DNA from: Macrostomum hystrix
Taxonomy: Eukaryota; Animalia; Platyhelminthes
Assembly: GCA_950097015.1 (NCBI GenBank)
Contig: CATNEN010000007.1
Location: 12,710,001-12,774,000 of the forward strand
Direction of reading: 5' to 3'
Length of the DNA stretch: 64,000 nt
Position 1 is the stretch's first letter. The number at the start of each line of letters is the position of its first letter. Shown here piece after piece: positions 44,696-57,066 of this stretch. Both the position numbers and the translations under genes were made by a program. Below the pieces are notes generated by a model. It was given only the letters and a program-made list of their open reading frames with translations, was not told where the DNA came from and made no database searches.

Positions 44696-47398
44696 TTCCC
44701 GCGGCGCCGCCTACCGCCAGTTTGTTTTTGCAGTTTTCAGCCGGCTTCTCTATGGCCCCGGGCGCTTCACCGCGCTTTCTGCAGGGAAGACGCACAGTTA
44801 CTTCGTACTATTCTTTCGATTCGCTGCAAAACAGCGGGCCAATCAGAGAGGGCCGCTCTGAGCCTTACTGAAGCAGGGGACTGCTGCGAGGTCTTTCCAA
44901 CAGAGCAGTGCGAGTATGGCTTCCGCAGCGCGTCAGCACTGGATTCTAGCAGCGCAACTGTAAGCCAACTGCGCTGGGAAACGCTCTGAGGGTGTGAGGC
45001 GACTCATGCGTTTTTGAACGGCTGAGCATGTAATTAACACCTGCCTCCAACTTGCCTGCCCTCCCCTGCTGAGCTGGCTGGTCTCAGAGTTTAGGGGTCT
45101 CAGATGAATCGATTTCGGCTTGACCTCCGCGGTGACTGGGAGGGCAACGGCTGGCTGCCGCCGGGGCTCAATTGAAGTCAGTGCAAACAATCGTTGGTCT
45201 TGAGGAGCGGCGCAATGGGCTGGGAGTTGGAAGCGGGCCAGACAGCGAGCAGTCCTGGCCTGGCCCCCATTCTCCTCATGGACGAGCTGTTTAGTTTAGC
45301 TCCATGCTGGGAGCTCAAGCCCCGCAATGGTAGGCGCTGCCGTCTGCCTGCGATGGGGCAGGGAGGCGAAACCGGAGACCGCACTCGGCTGCTGGACAAG
45401 AGGAATGCATTCCCGGCCAGTTGTTGGGTCTCCAAGCCACCCCGAGTACAGCTGAAGAGATTCATTTTAGTCAGCCCCGCGGCTGCAGTGGGAGAAAGTG
45501 TTTTCTATGAAAACTTTTCGGGCCCAGAAATACTTACCGGCCAGCCACTGGCCTCGGTCTTGGCTTGCTTGTGAGAGCTGAGTGCCCGGACTCTCCAGGG
45601 TGCGGCATCGGATTCTCCCGGGACCTGTTAAAATGCCTCCCCATCGATTTGAGACAGCCAAGTGCATCGCGCTGCATCCGCCTCCGCTTTGGCCTGCTCA
45701 AACCTCCAGCGGAGATAAGGATGAGCAAATTATGAACAGGACGTGAGCGCGGCCACCACAGCAACCTATTTGTTGACTCTCAACTACTATTTACCTACTC
45801 CAGCTCTAACTCTGACATTTATTCTATAGGCTTCTACCTGACTAGAATTAATGAACTTGACTTGCAAAACTATAAACTTGGGCTTAGTTATGCATGAATG
45901 TCTTCTGCAAAGTGAGTTGACTCACTCGTCCCAGACTCTTTGTTCCTTTGCAGTCGCTCTTTTTTACCTGCCTTTCGTCTCCGCTCCCGCCCTCTCAGTG
46001 GCATCATTACTAGCTGCCAAAGGTCAAGGAATGAGACCGAATGTCATGCACCACCTTGCCATGAGCAGCCAATCGAAAGGCATGCAAAACTCAGATATAT
46101 TTCCAACAGTTTTGAGGTAATAGGATTTGGGATCTGCAGCCTGCAGTTTTGCTTTGCCAGCGCGCAGCAGACGTCTGGTTAGAGCAGCTGTCGAAAATAA
46201 ACTTCAGAAAACACTTCGCAAGGCTGAATTCGGTCCGGTAACAAAGAGCCCGGTGGCAATAAAGCTTCAGAGGCCACCTTTTCCTCACCTGAGAGGCCGG
46301 GAATCTCGGTGCGAACAGCATTCCTGCGCCCGTCCATAAAGGGAAGTCCTAAAAACGTTGCAGCCCTCTGACAGGCGCTGGGTTCTAAAAGCAGGTTGAA
46401 AACAGCACTGAAAGCTGGCGAGCATCGCGGGCTTCTGCTACTGCAGCTGCGCGCCCTTCTCTCGGCTTTCTCGGATCCGGGCTAAGAAATAAAGGCCTAA
46501 AAGTGCAGCGGAGCCAGTTCCGGCAGACATCCAGCAGCTGAGTTGACATGTTGACAGCCGATGCGGCGTGTTCTCAAGAAGTATTGTACTTCCGTCTCCG
46601 AAACTATGGGGAACCCGGATGATTGGTATCGTTGACCTACTCGCGGGCCCAGCCGTCCGTGTGCTGCTGCAGTCTCCCGGGAAATCAAGTCTTCCTGCAT
46701 GCCTGCTGTATCTGGGCTGAAATCAGGCCAGCAGGAGACAATCGATGCTTAACAGGGCAGGCGCTGCAGTCGTTTACCAGATGCTTACCCTGGTGTGTCG
46801 AGCAGCTAAATTGAGCAAATAATGCTCCTTTTGCTCTTGACGTCTGCCTAACCGTCTGCTAATCAGAGAATATCCGAGCTGTGCTTCTGTAAAACTAAAG
46901 TTCTGCAACTTTTTGTCTAGTCAGATTTTTTACGAGGTATTCCGCCTGATAGACAGATTGTCGGAAAACATGAAAAAAACTGGATTGTTGGAAGCAGCGC
47001 ACTTTTGTGACAGATCAAATGGAAGCGTGGAATGTCAAGCTGTGTTTCCGAACCTTTTTATGATCGACAATTTTTGTAGTGGTCCGTATCTTTTAATTGC
47101 TGAGTTTTTTCCCTCTAGCAACAGTTGTTGCAGACGAGGAGGAAGGGGATACCGGCCTTTTTAACCGATGCTCCCCTGCTCTAGCATGCGCGCGGCTATC
47201 CGCTTTTCCGATATATAGACCCTGTATTTAATTGGTTATTCTAATGTACGGTAAAAGCCTGAACTGAATTCACTAGCCCTTCACGGATCGAGCGTTGAAC
47301 AGACTCAGTAGAAAAGCCACGTCCAGCCTGGTCAGGGCCTCCAACCTCCAACCACCTGCAGTAATGGATCCACTGGAGTCCCTAGGAAACCGGTTTAA

Positions 47399-48147
47399 CC
47401 AGTACCCCCTGCGGCAGAGCCCATCCACGCACTGATCCGTGAGATACCAGTACCCCCTGCGGCAGAGCCCATCCACGCACTGATCCGTGAGATACCAGTA
47501 CCCCCTGCGGCAGAGCCCATCCACGCACTGATCCGTGAGATACCAGTACCCCCTGCGCAGAGCCCATCCACGCACTGATCCGTGAGATACCAGTACCTCC
47601 TGCGGCAGAGCCCATCCTCACACTGATCCGTGAGATACCAGTACCACCTGCGGCAGAGCCCATCCTCACACTGATCCGTGAGATACCAGTACCCCCTGCG
47701 GCAGAGCCCATCCACGCACTGATCCGTGAGATACCAGTACCCCCTGCGGCAGAGCCCATCCACGCACTGATCCGTGAGATACCAGTACCCCCTGCGCAGA
47801 GCCCATCCACGCACTGATCCGTGAGATACCAGTACCTCCTGCGGCAGAGCCCATCCTCACACTGATCCGTGAGATACCAGTACCACCTGCGGCAGAGCCC
47901 ATCCTCACACTGATCCGTGAGATACCAGTACCCCCTGCGGCAGAGCCCATCCTCACACTGATCCGTGAGATACCAGTACCCCCTGCGGCAGAGCCCATCC
48001 TCACACTGATCCGTGAGATACCAGTACCTCCTGCGGCAGAGCCCATCCTCACACTGATCCGTGAGATACCAGTACCTCCTGCGGCAGAGCCCATCCTCAC
48101 ACTGATCCGTGAGATACCAGTACCTCCTGCGGCAGAGCCCATCCACG
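47399..48147. repeat. 48-bp minisatellite, ~15.5 copies
   Basis: CCAGTACCCCCTGCGGCAGAGCCCATCCACGCACTGATCCGTGAGATA in tandem. Confidence 0.95.
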
Positions 48148-48693
48148 GGCTGAGAAGCTCTTTCCAGGCAAAATTGAGGCCGGCCTTCAAGCAGAGTTTG
48201 GAACATGGCAGAGCGCGAATCAGCCAGCAGCTCCAGGACCAATCCCACTAACGAGTGCCAGCAAAGAACTGCCATGCGAGTCCCATGCGGACTGATAATT
48301 CCACACCACTTGTAACTGCCAATTCTGAGACTGGGAAGCCACATCAATCACTCACAAGAAGCATATGCGGAGGTCTGTACTTATGATAGCTTTTGAGATC
48401 GAGCTCACTGCCTCGGCGATTCGAACTCAGATTTCTCTGCGATAAATCACTCTCTTCATTATAGAGGCCTGTGGCTGCTGATGTGTGCTCTTATTTGCTC
48501 GAATTGGGAGCTGCAACTCGGAGGTTTTGCGTAATTATACTTTCCAAGAAACAACAGGATTCACTAACATCAGAACTCTGACCAAAGTTTGACCAAATGA
48601 ATCTTATGCTCGCAATGTACCATCCAGCAGAGTTCAACTTTTAATACTTTTTCGATTTCCTATCTCACGGAGAGCGGGCTATCATTTACAAGG

Positions 48694-49175
48694 CAGCTGC
48701 ACATCCTACATTCAGCTGCACATCCTACATTCAGCTGCACATCCTACATTCAGCTGCACATGCTACATTCAGCTGCACATGCTACATTCAGCTGCATATG
48801 CTACATTCAGCTGCACATCCTACATTCAGCTGCACATCCTCATTCAGCTGCACATGCTACATTCAGCTGCACATGCTCATTCAGCTGCACATGCTACATT
48901 CAGCTGCACATGCTACATTCAGCTGCACATCCTCATTCAGCTGCACATGCTACATTCAGCTGCACATGCTACATTCAGCTGCACATCCTACATTCAGCTG
49001 CACATCCTACATTCAGCTGCACATCCTACATTCAGCTGCACATCCTACATTCAGCTGCACATGCTACATTCAGCTGCACATGCTACATTCAGCTGCACAT
49101 CCTACATTCAGCTGCACATGCTAACTTTCAGTTGCACATGCTACATTTAGCTTCACATTCTACATTCAGCTGTAC
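48694..49175. repeat. 19-bp minisatellite (CAGCTGCACATCCTACATT) with shorter variant units
   Basis: Visible tandem array. Confidence 0.95.
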
Positions 49176-49588
49176 GTCTAACACACGGACACTCAACCTC
49201 CAGTTCCACATACCCATCTCACACCTCACATGCGTGAAATTTTAACAGAATTTGTCAAGTGTATCGAAAACCAGTTTTTATCGGAAGAATGCCAGAAACG
49301 AGACGCAGAAATAGCGAAGAGAAGAGTGACTACCGCTGAAATAGTTGGAACTGCTGTCGGACTAATGAGTGTCGGGGCAGGAGTAGCTGTTGCAGCTCTT
49401 GTAGCGATAGCTGCAGTCGCAATGTCTGCGTTGGGAGGCTTGGTGGTGATATCGAAAGAAAGCAATGTTGATGATGAAACGAAAAAATAGATTTAAAAAG
49501 TCGTGGAAAAAGTGCAAAAATTACTTGAAGAAAAAATGGGAAGAACAATTCTCCCCACCTCGGTGTTGCGAGACTCCGTGTTCCATGC

Positions 49589-49904
49589 AAAGGAGGCGTT
49601 TAATTCATTGTCAAGGCGAGTCATTGCGACCATCATGCGCGCGTACCATGTGCCTGAGCAGCTGGTGACGGCTGTGATGGCACTGTACCAGGAGACCAGG
49701 GCGGCAGTTGGGACTCCAGAAGGCCTGTCAGGCTTTTTGACACGTCCTCTGGTGTGCTGCAAAGGGGCACCTGGCGGCCCTTTCCTGTTCATCCTGGTCC
49801 CGGACTGGGTGCATCGCATCAGTCTTCCTGATGACTCCGATGGCTTTCTGATCTGCCGCAGAGCGAGCAGGCGACGTCCTGAGACGAGAATCATTGCGTC
49901 ATGA
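49589..49904 (+). mobile_element. Non-LTR retrotransposon (LINE) reverse transcriptase fragment, frameshifted
   Basis: KEAFNSLSR (KAFDSV-like), AYHVPEQLVTAVMALY, then GVLQG (shifted frame) and PFLFILVPDWV, typical LINE RT subdomain motifs. Confidence 0.8.
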
Positions 49905-50943
49905 CTTCGGACACGTGGAGGGGGATGCAAGCAAAAATTGCAATGTCCCTAAATATTCTGCAGCCTTATAATTGATTGCAGTGGATATGAAAAGCTTTCT
50001 GGTCGAAAAAGTAATGTAAAGGAAGAAAACCCCTATTTTAATTTTTCTTTTACTTTACTACGACCCAGGTTGCATATTTGCAATACTTTAGTGATCGATC
50101 TTGTCGCGGCCTTTTTACGATTATTAATGAGTGTTTATGCCTAATGGTAGCGTCTGATATACCTGAAACGTGCGAGCAAACTAAAATTTTGAAAGTCTAA
50201 AATATTAAAACTTAATAAAGCTCGCTCTACGTAAATTTACTTACAGCTGGCTTATTTGGAACAAATTTTTTTGCAATTTAATAAAAAGCATAAAAGATTG
50301 TTAAAACAAGCTGCTAAAAATAAAAATATCTCTCTAAATAACAAGTTCAAATAGTTGCTTCCTTTTAGCCGGAATCACGGTTAATTAAGTGAAGTAAACA
50401 TGTATGGAAGCATAATGTACTTTTCATTTCTATATTTATTTTTGCTAATAATTACTTATCATTCGTGTGTTACGGGCCTCCGTCATTTATATATTGCAAT
50501 TCTTTGCTTTATGTATATTGCAATCAATAGTTCTTACTAAAACATACTTTACTTATCTTTAGTTATTCATACTATTTGTTGTCGTCTTTTATGATCAGGT
50601 TCAAATGAAGGTCAAAGTATAATTTTATTAACTTGGAAGCCTAAACAAGTATTTACTCATTTAACAAAAAACTATCATTTTTGCTTCATGGGCATTACTA
50701 GTTTCACGCGAGTTCACAATCACAAATAATCACCAGTTGCATCATCATTTTATTACCAAACCTTTATGTTTCTATTGTATCCATCATTGCATTACACTAG
50801 ATCAATAAATGATCTTGGCAAAAGTAGCTGCCCTACCCTTTCAATTTTTGGATTTTTGTGTAGAATAATTTAGGTAGACTTAAGTTTTAGCTTTCCTCTT
50901 GCCCTTACAAAGAGTAGATAAATGAATGTGATACTATATGTAT

Positions 50944-51219
50944 CATACATGCGCAACCTCCCAAATCTTAGCCGGCGACTTAGTTTTTGCTCTCATTTGC
51001 GACTTAGTTCATTTCATTGCTCTATTTACGACTTAGTTTGCTCTCATTTGCTCTCTTTTTCTCTCCCCTTTTTCCTTTTCTTCACGCCTTCCTTTTTTGT
51101 CCCTTGGTCCCCCCTTTGATTTTTTTGTGCTTGGTCTATTGGTTTTTGCAACTTACCTTGCTTGGCCCTCGTTTCACCTGGCCGGTTCGGCCGGGTCGGC
51201 CAGATGTTGCGCATGTATG
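50944..51219. mobile_element. 276-bp non-autonomous DNA transposon, same family as 15196-15997
   Basis: Perfect TIR CATACATGCGCAAC / GTTGCGCATGTATG and perfect 8-bp TSD ATATGTAT (50936-50943, 51220-51227). Three GACTTAGTT motifs inside. Confidence 0.9.
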
Positions 51220-51244
51220 ATATGTATTTTGTATGTATGGAAAT

Positions 51245-52478
51245 GCTTATTCCCATGGTCCCGTGCCGATAATTTCAGTTTTATCCACACAGATCTGTGC
51301 AGATAATCTCTGCCTATCCACACGGCAGCTTATTTTGCCAATAACTTTAAGAACTTTAAGCACATATTTTACAGGAACTGTGTAGCAACTTTCATGTACT
51401 ATATACAACTGGCCATACATGTTTTCTAGAACCTGCAGTAGGCCTAGTGCCTCTTTTAATTATGAGCAATGCACACATTTAATTTTGAATAGGGTAATGT
51501 ATCATCAACCAAACAAGAATGTGTATTTTTTTAACTTCAAACCTTAGCTACAGATTTTCTATTTAAGATATGATGATCAATCAAAAGCCAAGTTATAGAA
51601 AACAGTTACATATTTCTAAAAAGTATATGCTTTTGCTATTTTGTCAAATAGAAAAAAGTTATTCCTGCTTTTTATCTAAAACCGAGCAATGATTTTCATG
51701 TATCTTCAAACCAAACAGAGAATTTGATGTTTGGTTTTACAATTTGAGTGAGTGGTTTAATCTTATTTTAAGGAGTGAACTATCATGAATTATGTCATTT
51801 GAAAGCATTTTTCATGCTCTATAAATAACTACATTTATGGTCATTTAATTGGTAAGCAACCACATACAATCTTTGTCTAAAGTACATACTGAAAAAATGT
51901 TGTTAAAAAGTATGCTTTTGCAATAAAAATTTCTACTGAAACATCAATATCTTTCTTTCCTCTTAATGCTTCATTGCACATCATGCCTCAGCTTGTAGAT
52001 AATTTCTTCAACTTTCAAATTAGTTGTTCTGTGAAACACAATAGCTTGTTTCTGTCTTGCACGAGACCAAGGAAGAAGTCAAAATTCTTGTTCGGTTTTG
52101 AAGATACACTGTTCGGTTGATGATACATTACCCAATCGTTAATTTCGAATAATATGTAATGTTGCTAACAATTGCATGAGAAATCACAAAAGATTTAGTT
52201 AGTTTTTATTATAAGTAATTAAAAAGGATAACATTAATGTTGGTTAATGAATATGTAGGTCAAAATGTAGAACACTGTTGTAACACACTGGCAAATTTGT
52301 TGATCTACTGGCTTGAGGGTTCAACAAAATGTTCGAACCTGAAAGGGCCTCATTTCAGGCCTAGGCCTAGGATATATAGGATTCATACAAGCTGTCGTGT
52401 GGATAAGCAGAAAATTATTGGCATGGATCCGTGTGGATAAAATTGAAATTATTGGCATGGGACTGGGAATAAGCTCTG
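51245..52478. mobile_element. Non-autonomous element with ~85-bp imperfect TIRs
   Basis: 51245-51331 is the imperfect reverse complement of 52389-52474. No clear TSD. Confidence 0.75.
51492..52133. mobile_element. Nested MITE with 24-bp TIR GGGTAATGTATCATCAACC(A/G)AACA
   Basis: Inverted repeat at 51492 and 52110-52133 with one mismatch, inside the previous element. Confidence 0.75.
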
Positions 52479-52813
52479 CCGTTTTGTATTTAGCTTAATT
52501 GTGAAAGTGTGCATTTTTAATATTTTAATTCCTACTTTTCTGAGATATCAGGTCTTAATTATTTAACAGAAATTATTTGGCTTTCAGAATCAAATTTTAT
52601 ATGTGTGAATTTGGAATATTTTAGTTCCTTAATTTCTTTATAATATAAAGAATAATATAATAATATAATTATTGGTCCTTATAATATTGGTCCTTAATAG
52701 CCTGAAGGAGGTGTGGCTTTAATGTTTACTTATTTAATATTTTGATTTGTAAAGTAGACTTCCTATTAGCATTGTTATAAAACAAAGACCGAAGGTAAGG
52801 ATGATTCACTAAT

Positions 52814-53147
52814 AGACAATTTGGAAATGGACATTTTGGTAACAAGACAGCTACATTTACGTAGCAGTACATTTTAGTAACATTTAAAGACATTTCAGTA
52901 ACATCCTTCAGTGTATCTAATTTCTAAAGATTGTAAGCACATTGGTCTTTAGCTTACAATATGTAGTTACATGTTACACAAGAGGCAACCATGATTTGGG
53001 TATGTGAGGGGATACTTCAAAAAATATAGTGGCATGTTGGATAATTGATTGCAGGTTACTTAAATGTCTTAGCATGTTACCATAATGTACTGAGTGTTAC
53101 TGTAATGTACCTGTCTTGTTACCAAAATGTCTGTTGCCAAATTGTCT
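52814..53147. mobile_element. Foldback-type MITE with ~95-bp imperfect inverted arms
   Basis: AGACAATTTGG..ACATTTTGGTAACAAGACAG versus CTGTCTTGTTACCAAAATGT..CCAAATTGTCT. Confidence 0.7.
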
Positions 53148-54037
53148 GCTCCTAAAATAAGATGTTAAAACCAAAAAATTTTTACTCAAATTTACAATGA
53201 TAATAGGCCTATGTTTGTTAATGTATGCAACATATAGGGCTGTCAAGAATATTTCACCAATTTCTATTTCATTGATTTAATGAGAGGTCAAAAAATCTCA
53301 GGTAAAAATAAAACATGTATCAAGCATAGTTTGACCATATACAATAGCTTGGATTTCAGTTGCCGAAATTGTATGCAAATACAACTTCAGCTTATTTCAG
53401 TGTCAATTAATAGTTAAAAAGAAGATTGATTTAGTAAAACAATCAACATGAAAGTAAATGTTTTAAGAATATGAGAGTTATAAAATATTATTATTGTTTT
53501 ACTTTATAAAATTTTTAATTTTGATTTAGGAACCAGTATTTTGTTTCTATTATGATTGAGAAATCACTTTCAATTTTCTTTTAACTTTTGAAATGTCACT
53601 ATTATATAATTTTATATAATAAATTTGAAGGAATGGTTATAAGCTTTTGTTATTGGAATTTTATTGCTTGTGTATGGCTAAAGTATATTTAGTTTTTTGA
53701 AAAGTCTACAATTTTAAATGATTGCTCTTGCTAATTCAATTGGAATCTAATATATAACTCACTTGGATCTAAGCTAGCTAATTAGAAAATTATAGATCTA
53801 ATAGAGTAACTATATGTTTGATTTAACATTTCCTGCATTTGTAGCCTAGTATATGAAATTGTGGAAACCCTCTAGTTTTGAAAATTTAATTATTTTACTA
53901 CATATAATTACTTTAACATTTTAGCAAGTTAATAAATAAATTTTTACAAGATTTGATTAATGTGGCAATGCATGCATTCATCTATGGTGAAGACATACAA
54001 GAAAGAAATAAAAATCTATGATCCATGATCTGCTAGT

Positions 54038-54375
54038 CAGGGGTCGGCAAACTCCGGCCCACGGGCCAGATGCGGCCCTCGAAACTCCCAAATCCGGCCC
54101 GTTGCTCCTTCTGACACCTACAGTATACAGTTTTATCTTTCCCCTGTCTTATCTCTCCCGTCTCTCATCTCTCCTGTGTCTCATCTCTCCTCGGTCTCGT
54201 CTCTCCTGTGTCTCATCTCTCCTCGGTCTCGTCTCTCCTGTGTCTCATTTCTAGTGTGTCTTATCTATTCTGTCTCATCTCTCCCCCTATCTCATATTTC
54301 TACAGTCAATGTGGCCTGCTGTCGTCTTTTAGGTTATCTCTTTGGCCCGCTAGCTAGTAAGTTTGCCGACCCCTG
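54038..54375. mobile_element. hAT (Charlie-like) MITE
   Basis: Perfect 16-bp TIR CAGGGGTCGGCAAACT / AGTTTGCCGACCCCTG, subterminal GGCCC motifs, near-TSD TGCTAG(A)T. Confidence 0.9.
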
Positions 54376-54680
54376 TGCTAGATCAACACCCATTTGGACA
54401 ATTTGCTGTGATATTGCTAACACCCATATAAGACCTTTGGCAACATCCTTTTCTGGGTAGCACACTACTACATTATCTGATTGTATGCCGTCTCAGATGC
54501 TGTGTTTTATTTATTTATTTGGTAGATGGTTGTTGGTTGTCTTCACTTGGTTGAAGACAACACCATGTCTTCGAGCAGTTATCGGATCTCTCTGATTCTG
54601 GAATTAAAGTTATTTTAAGCTTGCTCAGGGGGATTAATTTGAAAGCTCTCACTTTGTCCACAGACTCGTGGCCTTCTTCA

Positions 54681-55746
54681 ATGACGCTGCCGCCGCCACC
54701 GCCTGCTGTGGACACGCTGGCTGGCCTGCGCTCGCTGCTACGTGGGCCCAGCCGCAGCCGGGAATACAACTCTTACTCGGGCAAGATTCACACACTCAAG
54801 TGGAGCAGTGACGGCTCTCGCCTGGCCACTGGCTCTGTTGACCGCGTCGTGAACCTGTTCTCTCTGGACTCTGGACGCCTCGCCAAGGATGTCACCTTCA
54901 AGGGCCACACAGGCAGCGTGGACCAGCTGTGCTGGAACCCCTGCCAGCCCAACCTGCTGGCCACCGCCAGCTCAGACAAGTCGCTGCGCCTGTGGGACGC
55001 CCGCACGCAGCACTCGGTGGCCACCCTGGTGCTCCGCGGTGAGAACATCAACGTGACCTGGTCGCCAAACGGCGAGTGCATCGCCGTGGGCAACAAGGAG
55101 GACCTGGTCTCCTTCGTTGACGTCAAAACCCGCAAGGTGGCCCGCGAAGAGCAGTTCAAGCTGGAGGTGAACGAGGTCTCCTGGAACTGCACAGGGGACG
55201 CCTTCTTCATGACCACCGGCGTTGGCAGTGTCCAGGTGTTCTCCTACCCCGACATGCAGCTGGAGACCGTCTTGCAGGTGAGTCTTATTCTCCAGTGCTG
55301 ACGTTTCAGTGACTTTTTCCCAGTTTTTTTTAAGGCTGCTCTGATCCCGTCCGCAGGCGCACCCCACCAACTGCATCTGCCTGGACTTCGATCGCACCGG
55401 GCGCTACTTTGCCACCGGCGCCGCCGACGCCCTGGTGACCATCTGGTCCGCCACAGAGCTGGCTCCGCTGGCCACATCCGGCCGGCTCGAATGGCCGGTG
55501 CGCACCATCAGCTTCAGCCACGATGGGCAGCTGCTGGCCGCCGGCTCCGAGGACCACTTCATCGACATCTCGCACTCGGCCACTGGAGAGCAGGTGCTGC
55601 AGCATTCCACTAACAACTCGTCCTTCACATTGGCCTGGCATCCCCGCTGCTACCTGCTAGCCTACGGCGCCGACCGCGACCCCAAGTACCACGACACCAG
55701 GGACGCTGCCTGCGTCAAGACCTTCAGCGTAGCAGTAGAGACCTGA
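54681..55746 (+). CDS. THOC3: THO complex subunit 3 (TEX1), WD40 protein, ~328 aa; exons 54681-55277 and 55357-55746
   Basis: GHTGSVDQLCW, GENINVTWSP, IAVGNKED, EEQFKLEVNEVSW, AHPTNCIC, RLEWPVRTISFSHDG, SEDHFIDI, FTLAWHP match THOC3. Phase-0 intron. Confidence 0.93.
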
Positions 55747-56297
55747 TGAACTGCTGCGGGCCGTCTCACACCCGGAGCTTGCGATTGGCTGCAATTTGGC
55801 ATCGCTACAACTTTTATAACATTATAGAACCGAGGCCAGATTCTCTGCTAATAGCTGGTTTTTATTATTCGATGTGTACCACTGTCCTCTTGTGCTCTAT
55901 ACTATACTTAATAGTAGCAAATATTGTGCATTTCAACTAAAGCCATCCTCGATGTCATCAGCGCTAATTATCACTGCAGACCAGCAATGTCCATCTCTTA
56001 TCAGGCTGCTTTGCGTGTCATATAGAGAGGCCATCTTGACATGTCCGCTTAGCCTGCTCACGTATAAAATGTTTTTATGAACCAAGTGGCAGGTGATCAT
56101 TTCATTGTCCGGTGAAAGCCCTGCTGTTGTTAATCACACATAGTTAACAGTGACACCTGCTTGTTCCTAAAAAATGAGCAGTGGTGGATCATGTGCCAGT
56201 GCCTGCGCTATGGCAGTAGTCAGCTGTGCGTTTTTCTTCGCTTTTTTGTTTTTGCATCCTGCTAAGCTCGGTAGTATTAGCGCCTAGGCGGGTTATG

Positions 56298-56646
56298 GCA
56301 CCTGGGGCTGGTTAAAGGCTGGTCAGAGCACCTGGGGCTGGTTAAAGGCTGGTCAGAGCACCTGGGGCTGGTTAAAGGCTGGTCAGAGCACCTGGGGCTA
56401 ATTAAAGGCTGGTCAGAGCACCTGGGGCTGGTTAAAGGCTGGTCAGAGCACCTGGGGCTGGTTAAAGGCTGGTCAGAGCACCTGGGGCTGGTTAAAGGCT
56501 GGTCAGAGCACCTGGGGCTGGTTAAAGGCTGGTCAGAGCACCTGGGGCTGGTTAAAGGCTGGTCAGAGCACCTGGGGCTGGTTAAAGGCTGGTCAGAGCA
56601 CCTGGGGCTGGTTAAAGGCTGGTCAGAGCACCTGGGGCTGGTTAAA
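56298..56646. repeat. 30-bp minisatellite (GCACCTGGGGCTGGTTAAAGGCTGGTCAGA), ~11.5 copies
   Basis: Visible tandem array. Confidence 0.95.
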
Positions 56647-57066
56647 CCTTAGGTTAATGATGACCTTAGGTGTAACAAGTATGGAATTTGAGTAAATGAA
56701 GTTCGGAATTTGTGCTGTTAGTTAGCTGTAGCCAAGGCTATAATAGCATTGTAAGGTCATCAGCCTACAGCCGAAATTCTGTACAGTCGGCGCTTCCAGC
56801 CTGTCACTACATAGTCAAATCTGCTCTCTTCCTAAATTGCTGTCCCATGGGGATCAATACCAGTGCGACTGTGTCCTACAATCATCCTCACTCCCAATTT
56901 CTTCCCCTCCACCGCTCTCGAATCCCACTGGCTCCTAGGCGCGCAATTGCTTCAGTTCGCAGGAAATTGGTTCTCGGTGCATTAGGGCTTTAACCACATC
57001 TTCAATATCACCTGGGTAAAACACCTGCCGCTGGTTTGCTCCCTTGTTTCAGAGCCGGCAGCCACA

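Noticed and set aside
44700-47390. Numerous short ORFs upstream of the DEG/ENaC gene (likewise 59-1010 and 39182-39680)
   Set aside because: No domain signal; expected by chance at this GC content.
15185-49245. Repetitive ORFs (DLVPPDC, GPKDCYLET, LVYSAIPQF, LAFASTCLL, WESQDSG, RRGYWYL, HSAAH)
   Set aside because: Translations of minisatellites, with no flanking coding context.
51281-52440. TTATCCACA / TGTGGATAA matches to bacterial DnaA boxes
   Set aside because: They are part of transposon TIRs in animal DNA; no bacterial origin context.
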